NCBI GenBank assembly: GCA_000934665.2
Contig: JYFJ02003500.1
Span: 1-40,748, forward strand
DNA from: Catajapyx aquilonaris
Taxonomy: Eukaryota
Length of the DNA: 40,748 bases
Direction: 5' to 3'
This document shows positions 12,608 to 23,749 of this stretch, piece by piece. The notes under the pieces are model-generated. The model was not told the DNA's origin, did no database searches, and saw nothing but the letters and a program-made list of their open reading frames with translations. The position numbers were made by a program, and so were the translations under genes. Each line of letters begins with the position of its first letter. Positions within the stretch are counted from its first letter, which is position 1.

Positions 12608-15600
12608 ATGGCCACCAAACAGAAAACAGCGCACCAGACACCAGCAGTCTCCTACATCGATGTTTGTGACAAACATCCAGAGAAGATGTCACCGGACAAG
12701 GTGCAGGAGCATCAAGAGGAGTACAGGGTGTACAAGAAGAGGTGGTTGATGCTGGTGATATTTGCTACGTGCGCTGGTTCTTGCGCGTACCATTGGATTT
12801 TGTACTCGAGTGTATGCGACGTTATTCAAAAGTACTACGGAGTGACTGATTTGGTTGTCAATTGGTTCTCCATTAGCTACAACATCACGCATATCGTCAT
12901 GGTATTTCCTGCTACTTTCTTCCTCAACAAAATGGTAAGATTTTTAATATTATAGGTGGAGAGTTTTTCTGAAATTATTTTATTGCTACAGGGTGATGAA
13001 AAGTCTCTGTGCACCTGATATTACAGTAGCCTACAGAAAATGTGCAAAAATTTGCTTAATAGTTTCAATCAAGTACAATGATCATCGTAAGGTAGAAATG
13101 TGTATAGACTGGCGGAGGATACTTTCAACATTGCTTGTATACCTATGTGATCATAGTATGTGCTTTAAACTACTATTTCTGTTTGCGTAAACGGTCCACC
13201 TGATGAGTACAGAACAGAAACTTCTGTTCTGTACTCATCAGGGGGACCGTTTGATCACCCTGTATTTTACGAGTATTTTCTTTATCATGCCCGCTGTACT
13301 ATACGTATATAACATGAAGAAAAGTAGGTCCACATGTTATGCGGTCTACATAGATAAAGATTATCGATTGTGATAATCTCCGTTAAGTGAAATCGTCTGG
13401 AAAATAATTATATCTGCAATTTTGATGGACACATTGATGGATGAACGGATTACATTTATTTTAGCAGTTGTGTGAAGTAACTTCTAATGTGAACTGGGCT
13501 ATAGGTAATTGGGTTCGTGTATACAATATGAAGACAATAATCATATTATCTCCATCAAATATCTCACCGTCTGTATCACCGCGCCTATCATGACAGTTTA
13601 TAGGCTACACCTAAACAACAAAGTTGATATAAATGTCTATGTAGGTACTTAAAAACTTATTCCAATTCATACAGCAACAGAACTTTAACCTGTAGATGAT
13701 ATAACTTTATAGTCCGGTCATTAAACAGATATATCCTATGCAGGTTCAACAAAATTATTTCAAAAGGTTTCTCAACGGATTTCACCACTTTCATACCTCC
13801 ACTAAACAAAAAAGTCTACCGAAATCTGACTTGTGGAAGTACCTGAAAGTAGAATATGTCAAATCCAAGTAATGACTACCAAGAACGCTCTCTGTATAAA
13901 AAAAACAGCTACAAACCGTACTGCTGAATATATAGGGTGTAGTACATTGATTTTTTTGTTTACGAGGGAGAAGAAACCAAATATGAACCTTAAAATGTGA
14001 TTTGACCTAATCTGACGTCACTATGTGGCCGCCAAAAAACGCTCCATGGAGAAAACACTTATAATGTTATATTGGTTATTCTTATGGAATATATACGACT
14101 ACAATTAAGAACGTCTACAACGAAGAACGTCTACAACTTAAAATGTTATTTGACCTCATGACATAAGTGTTTCACTTAAGCTCCTCTTGACCTGGAAACT
14201 TGGACATTACACCAGCCGGTGTATGCCAGTTGGCACTTAATGACATAGCATATGGTCAGTGACTAATCTGTGGAAGAACGATATCAGAAACGAAAATTGG
14301 ACCAGACATTGATTATTTTCACATCGAATAAATAACCTGCGTGGCCTGACCAGTCACCAGAGGATTCATTATAATGGTCGTTCGAGATGGCCAGGTGGAC
14401 TATAAGCCCTACCTGGTCATCGCTGGTAACCCCATCTTGATGGGAATATGCCGTGAATGAATGTATGTATGTATGTATGAATAAATAACGGATTAATTGG
14501 ATTTGACATATTCCATTTTCAGGTACTTCCACAAGTCAGATTTCGGTAGACTTTTTTTGTTTAGTGGAGGTATGAAAGTGGTGATATCCGTTGAGAAACC
14601 TTTTGAAAGAATTTTGTTGAACTTGCACTATACTCAGTGACCGGACTATTAATCAGAACTCGATCAAACTGGCAATCAGTAATGAAATCAGTCATTCTGA
14701 GTAGTTTGGTATACAGTAAACTAATAATTGTGGCAAGTCATTTATTCAGCAGCCTTTCCATTATACAGGGAGACCCAAAATACTTATTCGACTGCTGTGG
14801 CTATTTGTAGGCATAACCTGCTTATTTTGTATAGCATTTATTTTTTGCAACTAATATACAAGAAGTATTTTGGATCACCCTGTAAACGCAAAAGCTCGCA
14901 GGTTTTGTTATCGAATCCCATTCTGATTATATTTTTCACTTTTATGAACTGTTGACTCAACCGCTATAGTAACAATAGAAAAAACCTATTGTAATATGAT
15001 CCAGTCACGCACTTTTGTGCTGCGTGAATGACCCTGCAATAGAGCACACCAGACTATATTGATTTTGGTTGTAATGAATGGCAATGTCAGTATGGACCTA
15101 TAGTACTATAACAACATTCAGATATACGCAATACACTTCTCTATATATGACCTATACTAACAGTTGGTGATAGCGCACCTCACGTAATATTAAGTTTAAG
15201 TTGTTTAGTTAATTGGTAAGAAAAATGAATGGCACTATTTGACGTTTCGAAATAACAATATGTTTCTTTGGATATGTTCAGGGCTTGAAGGCAACAGTTC
15301 TGGTTGGAATCGGAGGTACTGCAGTGGCCAGTTGGATCAAGGTGCTGTCGGTGGCACCCAACCGCCTGGCCGTGGCCATGTTCGCTCAGGTGTTGGCCGC
15401 AGCCTCGCAGATCTTCCTGCTCCAATCCCCGCCCAGGTTAGCCGCCCTGTGGTTCGGCCCTGGACAGATATCTACCGCCTGTTCTATCGGCGTCTTCGGC
15501 AATCAAGTCAGTATTATTTGTACAGATTGCCAAACAAGAATTGCTTTATTTGCCACTAACTTGATATTAACTGATAATTATCTGCAGGCTGGCGTTGCGC

Positions 15601-16761
15601 TCAGCTTTCTTGTGACACCGATGGTTGTACGAAAGAGCAACAACAAGGCGGACATTGAACATGATTTATCATGTTTGTTTTACACTTTAAGCGCTATTTC
15701 AACAGCTTTGACAATAATTGTCCTATTTGGTAAGTGAACTTTCCCCGCTCCTTGATGGTTATATCTCACAAGACCCTTGCTGTTTCAGTGTTCAAAAGTG
15801 CTCCGGAGCTTCCTCCAAGTCCAGCTCGAGCTGCAGCAGTGACCAGTGATGAAAAGACCAGTTACTCTCAATCCATCAAAGCCCTGGCCAGGAACCGCGG
15901 TTATATCATGCTCTTTATCACCTACGCTCTCATTGTCAGCGTCTCCAACACTATATCCACCTTACTCAACAAAGTCATCACCAACCGCTTTCCAGTGAGT
16001 CTCATCTCATCAAAAAAATAATTACTATGATGAATTAGTTTTATTTTCTTCACACTCGAAGAATGGCTACTACAATAATTCGTTATTTCAGGGTTCCGAG
16101 GAAGATGTTGGCCGTATGGGTCTTTGCATAATTGCGAGTGGCCTTGTTGGAGCTGCCCTTCTTGGTTTGTGGCTGGACAAAACTCACAAATTTAAGTGAG
16201 TGTATCGAAGCACTAATGTCACTCACTTGTACAACTAAACTGTTATTTTCTCAGGGCCACACTATTAGGAGTCTACATCTTGTCTCTCTTGGGCATGGTG
16301 GCGTACAGCTTAGTCCTTCTAACAAAATACTTAGCTCCTGTATATGTGACCGTCACAATACTAGGGTATGTTCAAATATAATTAGTTTCATCATATGTAA
16401 AACTAATATGTAATATTTCTGCAGTTTCTTCATGTCTGGTTACATGCCGCTAGCCTTCGAGTTTGCGGCTGAAGTGACATACCCTCTGCCGGAAGGGATA
16501 TCTTCCGGATTTCTCAACATATCAGCACAGTTTCTTGGTCTGTTTGTCACCAATGGTGACGGGTGGCTTCTGGACCAAGCTGGAGATATTCCAGCTAATA
16601 TGACTCTAGTGGGCCTCTTAGTGCTCGGAACAATTCTTACGTTTTTCATCAAGGAAGATCTGAGGCGACAGGCTGCAGGTCGCAGCAGTCCAGTAGAAAA
16701 GCCACCCCATCATTTTGCAGAAAAGGCAGGCACGGATATAGTCCGTTTTCAGGTACCGTGA
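12608..16761 (+). CDS. FLVCR: FLVCR/SLC49-family MFS transporter, paralog C (7 coding exons, ~483 aa)
   Basis: Exons 12608-12934, 15282-15506, 15588-15729, 15789-15994, 16092-16195, 16255-16365, 16425-16761 (1452 nt, open frame, GT-AG). Internal exon sizes (225/142/206/104/111) and motifs match paralog B. An acceptor-like CTCTCTACAG ending at 12590 suggests an upstream UTR exon. Confidence 0.93.
12989..13262. mobile_element. Tc1/mariner-type MITE in intron 1 of FLVCR paralog C
   Basis: TA|CAGGGTGATGAAA ... TTTGATCACCCTG|TA: 12/13 TIR match with a TA target-site duplication and no coding capacity. Confidence 0.75.
13710..14648. mobile_element. Non-autonomous DNA transposon with ~140-bp terminal inverted repeats
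   Basis: 13739-13848 is the reverse complement of 14517-14627 (3 substitutions + 1 indel over ~110 bp). Outer ends are TAGTCCGGTCA / TGACCGGACTA, with TA at both boundaries. Confidence 0.8.
14337..14478 (+). mobile_element. 5'-truncated SINE/LINE-type insertion with microsatellite tail, nested in the long-TIR element
   Basis: Flanked by an exact 11-bp direct repeat GAATAAATAAC (14326-14336 and 14479-14489). Ends in a TGAA/TGTA repeat tail. Internal stem-loop GATGGCCAGGT/ACCTGGTCATC (14386-14421). Confidence 0.65.
14766..14882. mobile_element. 117-bp Tc1/mariner-type MITE
   Basis: TA|CAGGGAGACCCAAAATACTT ... AAGTATTTTGGATCACCCTG|TA: 18/20 TIR match, TA TSD, same CAGGG(T)GA terminus as the 12989 element. 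Confidence 0.75.
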
Positions 16762-18407
16762 TAATAATCGTCAATATTTCATATTTCATTTCACATCACA
16801 CGCTGCGGACATTATCCTTCAATTTAATTGCGGAAATTCCATACTTACGAAACAGTTGCGAGTGAAACTAGAACCATCAGTATTGATATGTGTACTCTAC
16901 GTCATATTCGTTTAATTCCACGGAAGCAAAGTGTAGTTTTGGCAGGTGTAATTAATAACAATCTGAACATAAATAATTCATCTTCAATCCCAATATGTAA
17001 ATCAAAGAACGTTTGCTCTTACCTGATGGTGCAAGGATGTAACTGCTGCAGTTGACTCCCAGACCTAGAGTAGATGAGAATTTATTGTTTTACAAATTAT
17101 TTCAAGGTGTTTTGAAGGCACAGTATGGTCGAATGTGTCAGAAATTAGACAAAAAGAGCATAATAATCACAGATGCCATCTAACTGCGCCACTTGCCCAT
17201 CCCGATGTGTATATCCAAGAAACCTGTTCACTGACTAGAATAGTGGTTTTCCAGCACATTCGTGTTACTTCACTTCGACTTGTTTCATATCACTGCAGCT
17301 CCCATGGTCTCATTGAATTCGATATATTCGTATACGACATTTCGATATAAGCTGTTACTTTGTCACATCATTGAGTAGTATTAAACTTGTTAAATATCAC
17401 AAATTGTATTTTGTATAAAAAAATAAAAATCTTGACAAAGACTATGTCACCACTAAATGACTCCTTTATATTATTATTATTTTGTAATTGTAGTTCTTCC
17501 GGCACACTAGTACTGCATCGCAAAACTATGTGTGGCGGACGTAAATGAATATTGATTATTTCAATATTATGATCCGCCCTGCATCTTTGGCAGCATTTAT
17601 TGTCATGGCGATGCATACATAACAACTATTACTAGTCTAGTAACAACAGGACTGCATGGAATCAGTTTTAATCACCGCCTAATTAAAGTGCAGCTTTTGC
17701 CGATGCAATTTCGCACATCGCACATCAACTGGTGTAAAATATAGCCTGGCCTCAAGGGGCTAGTGCGCAAGCGAAAGGCTAAATAGGTAACACTACTATA
17801 CGTACCATTGAACAATGTTTGCCCATAACCTTTTGATGGGAGGAAATGACCGATGAGTTATTCAATAGTGTACTTGAATGGAGACACCTGCTGCATCAAA
17901 TAATGCGATAGTTTATTTGTTATCGATTCAAAGTAATTGATTAGACTATTAGTAGCCTCTCTGATATAACCAGCACATCACATGGCTTCTATTGCGTGAT
18001 CGCATTTGTCGCAAAATATTGTGATCAACTTTTTATTATTAGATACATTATCCCTGCAAGCACAAGTCTACTGCAATTCACTTATTAGAATCCTGATACT
18101 GATCATGTGTGTATTCAGAACTTGACGTATGAAATACTGTAGGCTATACCTATAGTACTGTACCTTTTTGCAATTGCAAAATATTACCCTGCAATAATCA
18201 CGCACACGTGCAAGGTCAGCCATTCATTTCATACGCTGTTTTATGAGTGATAAACTTTTATGCAACACTACGTGTAACACGTGCTCTAGTACATTTTCAA
18301 GTAGCTTTCGCCACATAATATGATATGTAGCCTATGCAGTAGAGTACAACATAGTTCTGTATCAGATTATTATCGACTGCATCGTGATTAGCTTCTTTCA
18401 AGGTTAA

Positions 18408-18905
18408 AGGAAGGGTTCAGTGATTTTGCATTTTGGGCTTCAGAGATCAAGGAAGACTCCCTGATTCCAAAAATGTGGTCAGTTTTGGAATCTGACGCCG
18501 CGTAAACAAATGCCGTTAGGTGAAAGTCCATAATTATCCGCTACTGTATTCGATACGGTAAGCGTACAGCCAGCGCCTCCCGCGGAAATTCCGGTAACCT
18601 GCCACCACCATGGCCAATGAGATTGGCTTAGTCTCGGAGCCTGCTCGGAGCCCATTTTTTCATCTTTTCACGGGACACGGGTTCCCTCTAGCCACAAGAG
18701 TGGAAGCTTCGACCGCTGCATCGAAGCTTCCACTCTTGTAGCTAGAGGGAACCCGTGTTCGGCGCTGATTTTTTTTAAAAAAACTACTTTGACTTGAAAT
18801 TTTACGCTTATGGTGCATTTGCCAACAAAACGGATCGGATATTTCAAATCAGGGAGTCGTGTTTGATTTTTGGAGCGCAACATGCAAAATCACTGAACCC
18901 TTCCT
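18408..18905. mobile_element. TTAA-flanked MITE with AGG termini (Kolobok / T2-family-like)
   Basis: TTAA (18404-18407)|AGGAAGGGTTCAGTGATTTTGCAT ... ATGCAAAATCACTGAACCCTTCCT|TTAA (18906-18909). The TIR is perfect for 24 bp and imperfect to ~65 bp. Purine termini with a TTAA TSD fit Kolobok/T2 rather than piggyBac (CCY termini). Confidence 0.82.
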
Positions 18906-19406
18906 TTAAGTACAAAACAACACAAAACAACTTCTTCACATTTAGTAACAACACTTGAACTTGAGGCCAATTAATAAATAGTTTCCTGTTATTTTGATTT
19001 TAAGGTAAAACCAATAACATGGACTTCCTAAAAAAGGGATGTCAGTTGAAAACTCCTTCTAAATACGTAATATACACGTACAAGTGCATTCAAGGGTGTA
19101 AGACTGTAAGTTATAATTGGATGCAAGAAAGACCTCAGAAAGAAAGTAGCCTACTGCTGAGTTGATGAAGACTTAATTGCTAAAGGAGTTGATAGTGAGA
19201 ACTACTCCATATTGAATCACCCCTTAGGAATTGTAGATGTGTTAATCGAAATGTAACAATGCTGGCAACAGCTTGTTCATCTTGTGGGAACCTTTGACCT
19301 GACCCCTAACCAGGCTATCTCGAGCAGATCTCGACGAGAGCGTGGGGATAAAAGCCAGGCAGGAGGTAAATATCTGTATATACAGTATTGTCAACCAGGT
19401 ATAGCC

Positions 19407-19409
<3 letters not shown>

Positions 19410-19473
<64 letters not shown>
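19410..19473. repeat. (GA)32 dinucleotide microsatellite
   Basis: Uninterrupted GA run read directly from the sequence. Confidence 0.97.
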
Positions 19474-19475
<2 letters not shown>

Positions 19476-19664
19476 AGACCCCTGTAAACAGGACGTCATC
19501 GCTCATGTAAAGATCGGTGACTTAATCCTAGGAGCTTGGCAACCCACACGTCTCTCTTGCCTCTCTCTTGGCTCACCTTACCTGTAGCTCTGCACAAGAG
19601 TAATATCAGTCTCACCTGTAACAATAACCGGTTAGAACCTACACCGATATTCAAAGGCCTTTAA

Positions 19665-19997
19665 GGCCTGCCGCAAACGGGGCAACTTGTGGGCAACTTG
19701 TGGGCAACAAGTTGCCCACCCAACTTGCACGCACAAGTTCCTTGTATAAACACGCCCTATCCATTTCAGTCCAAATATTCAACTTACATCGGTAACTCCA
19801 CTTTCTGCGCCATCTTGGAACCCTGCACGCCCGGGACCGGGCGACCGGCAACAAATTTCTTGCTTTCAAGAAATTTGTTGCCCGTCTGCACGCGCAAGTT
19901 GCCACAGGAGAGCGCATGCGCTGATCCGTCCTGGGTGGGTGGGAAGGCAACTTGTTGACCGCTTTGGGGCAACATGTTGCCCCGTTTGCGGCAGGGC
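19665..19997. mobile_element. PIF/Harbinger (Tourist-like) MITE
   Basis: TAA|GGCCTGCCGCAAACGGGGCAAC ... GTTGCCCCGTTTGCGGCAGGGC|TAA: 21/22 TIR match, 3-bp TAA TSD, repeated subterminal GGCAAC/GTTGCC motifs. Confidence 0.85.
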
Positions 19998-22900
19998 TAA
20001 GATAAGTCTGTTACACAACATTGGGTTATGAAGTGTTTTGGAGCGTTCAGCGTTTGACTATTCATTGTGAAATGCACAAAAAAGCTATAACTCGCCCTCT
20101 CTATAACGAGTTTGTCCCAAGTGATGGAGTTACGCCAACAGTAATATGATTTTAACTAGCCACATATCTGCTGCATCGGATCAAAGGCCCAAAACAAGTC
20201 AGAAAACCCATGGAGTGTGATAATATTATAATAATTACTAAACAGGAGACATCACAATATCCCATCTATTTTACGTGAGATAAGGTTTAAATTCTTATGA
20301 GATTTCTTTTTTCCAAACCATGGATATGCTAGTGCACTTGTACTGTGGAGACTAGTCCTGTTGAATATTTTAATTCCGAAGCAATAAATAAAATGACGAG
20401 AGTCTCCGGTACATACGAATTCCAAAGTCTGGATTGCCTCACAGACCTGAGTAAATATTTGTCCCGCATGCATTTGAAGTTCTTTGACACCAATCGCAAC
20501 AAAAGCTACGTGCCTTTGAATATTATTGACGTCACGACAGCACCGACAAAAAAGCAAACAGGAAATTCCAAGGGGCATTCCAGACCGTCTCTTTCATTGG
20601 CTCCCACTCCGCACTGCAGTAGTTCATAAGATGTCTCCTAGGTGCTGCATTTGCCCACTGCTACCATCTGCCGCCCCATACTCCATCTACAAACCTACAA
20701 TAATATAATTACATCACTATATTTACCCCCCGTCACACTTACGTGACATCATGCACGAGATTATTATTGTGCGATCATAACATGTGACTGGGGGTTTCCT
20801 CCTCCTCTGTGCGAGTCATACATCCTATCTGATCTTGCCTTCTCAAGTGCATATGCTGCAACCATGCTTTCGGTTTATTATTTCTGCAAAATGCAACAAG
20901 GTTAGTACGACCTTGCTTTGCTTGTTCGTTTACCCGTGCCTAACCAACCATGGCAGATTATGACCCAAAACGTTATATTTATCACACCCGGTTTTCTCAC
21001 TCTCACCCATTATAGCCTCTACGTCCTAGACGAAGAGCAGACAACCCATGCACAAAAACATTGCAAAAAAGGAAGCTCTTCCCGGAAGATGAGATAATGG
21101 GCATCAGTGCTTCGAAATTGCAGCCCGTTACTTCCTTTCAAATATACCAGGGTTACTACGAAACGCGTCTGGACTGAATTTCTCCGAATCATGTAACTAG
21201 GCATAAATAATGATAGCTATTTCTGAGGCATGCCAAGTGCGACGGTCTGCCAGCCATGTGCGATATGGTATTCACATGCGCTTGGTGACGATATGTACGC
21301 CCAGCCAGGAGTCAGGAATGTGTGGACCTTGCCCTTAGGTGAAAATATGATAACGTGTCTCTCCGCCTCGGGGCCAGGGAACACAATTTTTGGCATGTGC
21401 GCCATGTCGAGCCCGCTCAAACAACCGTTTCCAAACTTCACCACATTTTTCGGGTAACATATCGGCATATCGCATTACTTTCAATGTGGCTTCTAAGAAG
21501 TCTAATAAACTGACAGTGAATGCAATCTGTGTATGTCCATAAGTGCTAGCTAATTGGAACTGCATTGTTTGCTCGGGTGCAATGATGTCACAATTTCTCC
21601 GTATCTGCAAGATGTCCTCATTTCATCATGATGCAGGCATGCACGTGGCTTCTGTTTTGCATCGCAAACGGATCTAATTCGACGAATAAGCCCAACCTGC
21701 GCTTGTGCACTCCATCATAAATGTTGTATCTTCAAAGTTCCTCAGACTCTCTACGTGACGGCACAGGCCCAGAACAGAATAAATTATTTTGTGACACAAA
21801 TAGACGTCTCACGTCTTGCGTCCTGCGAGAACATTTTGTGTTCAAGAGGAAATCTGTGCAAAGCTGTGAGCATATGTTCCAAGTACCTTCAGTTTCGTCA
21901 AAAATTTTATCAAATATTTGGTAACAATCCATGTTCTACGTGCCACTCGTGCTACTGGTGCTAGTCGTGCCTTTGACGACGCCATCGCCTTGCACAGTCT
22001 ATACATCGGTATCGACGGTATGGCATGAGGCATGTGGGAATTTCTGACCATAAACGCCGTATTGCCCATATCCTTCTAATTTATGGCATATGCCAGATGT
22101 GTTTGGTTGTGCTGATAGCATTATAAGATTTGACGACTAGGATGTAAGTGGCGATGAACCTCGCCCATCCTCTCAAACATCGCCCTTGGCTCACATCTGA
22201 ACATCTCAAGTGATGAGCCCTCAACTGACTGCCGATTCATTTGCCCAGGGTTATGTTTCTCATATATCTCCATGGGCGCCCAAAAATCATAACAAAGCAT
22301 TTTCCCTCCAATATTACACCCAAGTACAAAATGCTCGTTAACGGGTGGAGTTCAGCGTTCTATAATCAGGCTGGAAAAAAACACATGTGAATTATTGATG
22401 CATCGCGACGGAAGAAGCGCAAGGGCCTAAGCGCAACTTAATTCATTTTCCGATAAATAAATTCTGGCTTGCTTTCATTTAATAGGCTCAAGCTGTTCTG
22501 CTTACTTGGAAATTACTATATTCTTCACTCCTTTGATGTGAAGTAAAGGATTTGTGTACATATTTGGCTGTCAGGAGTGACGATGATTTCATGGAATCAG
22601 GATTAAGGAGGTTAATAATTATCACTACCCAGAATGTAAAATATGCCAAACAACACCCTTTTTTCCTCCTGAGGCGACGCATCGTTTCCATGGAAAGCAT
22701 AATCTTCGCTTTCCCTACTTCCTCCGTACAATTTTTCCCACAATATTTACTAACTTTCAGATGTCACTGTCCGCCGCTCCTACCCCCCACCTACCTCCTA
22801 AGCAAATGTGCCTTTGTTCATGGCGATTGAACATTCTCCTCCGTGATTAATGCCAAACCACATGTCTGCATTTTTTTCGACAACAATGATGACTCACTAC

Positions 22901-23749
22901 AGAAAAATTCCGAATAAGAGACGCATAGTGCACTGAACATGAACATCCCGTTGGGATAGGCACATCCTTCCCCCAAATCCCATTCCATCATAGAAGATAT
23001 GAATAACAATCATATCAAAATATTTCTTTTCTGATAACTTCCTCACCTTGAAAGAGATGGAACATTTTTGTAACCAACGAATAAAATTGTTTGAATTTTT
23101 GCTTGGTCAGATTGGGGTCTCCTCTAATGACCAATCGCATTTATAAAAATTGGAATGCAGAGGCGCGTTTAAATATTAATTTGGCCCGGACATTAATCTG
23201 GCAACTAGTCAGACGATTAAATGCTTTCACACCATGTAATACTCATCAGTGTTAATCAAGACAAGCACGGAAGCAGCAAATAACACACTCATTCATTTGG
23301 GTGCGGAAGTTGATTCACACTATTACATAAACATACAAGCCGCCTTCGCCCACAACATATTTACACCCTTGCTTCTAAGTACACCCATGTAATTATCTGC
23401 CTGCTCCAGTATGCTTGTGCTCGATATTAGAAGCTCCACCCTTCTTCTTGACACCCCTTAGGGGGGGTATGCAGAAGCGTCTTCATCTATTCTTAGTTCA
23501 CACCCACGACGCTTTCCATCACGGGACCATCTCAGTTGCTCCAAAAAGTGTCCAGGCATTGAACTCAGGTCAGAAAAGCGGCGGAATTTCAGAAGAGGGT
23601 GGCCGGTGGGCAGCGGCGGGCTTCTCAGGGGGTGTGTGGTATGTGCCCAAGCCACACAGGAGCCAAGGTCAAGACTTGAAGAGAGGGGTGGAAAAAGACC
23701 TCGAAACCAGCCACTGCCCTCTCTTCTTGGTTGCTGCTCTTTGTTCGGT

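Noticed and set aside
19242..19499. ORFs with LSLSLS / ERERER runs
   Set aside because: Translation artefacts of the (GA)n microsatellite.
19681..19720. Short tandem GGGCAACTTGT repeats as a CRISPR-like array
   Set aside because: Adjacent 11-bp units without spacers inside a MITE, in eukaryotic context, with no cas genes.
19651..19975. Three overlapping ORFs
   Set aside because: They lie wholly within the 333-bp Harbinger MITE and have no transposase motifs.
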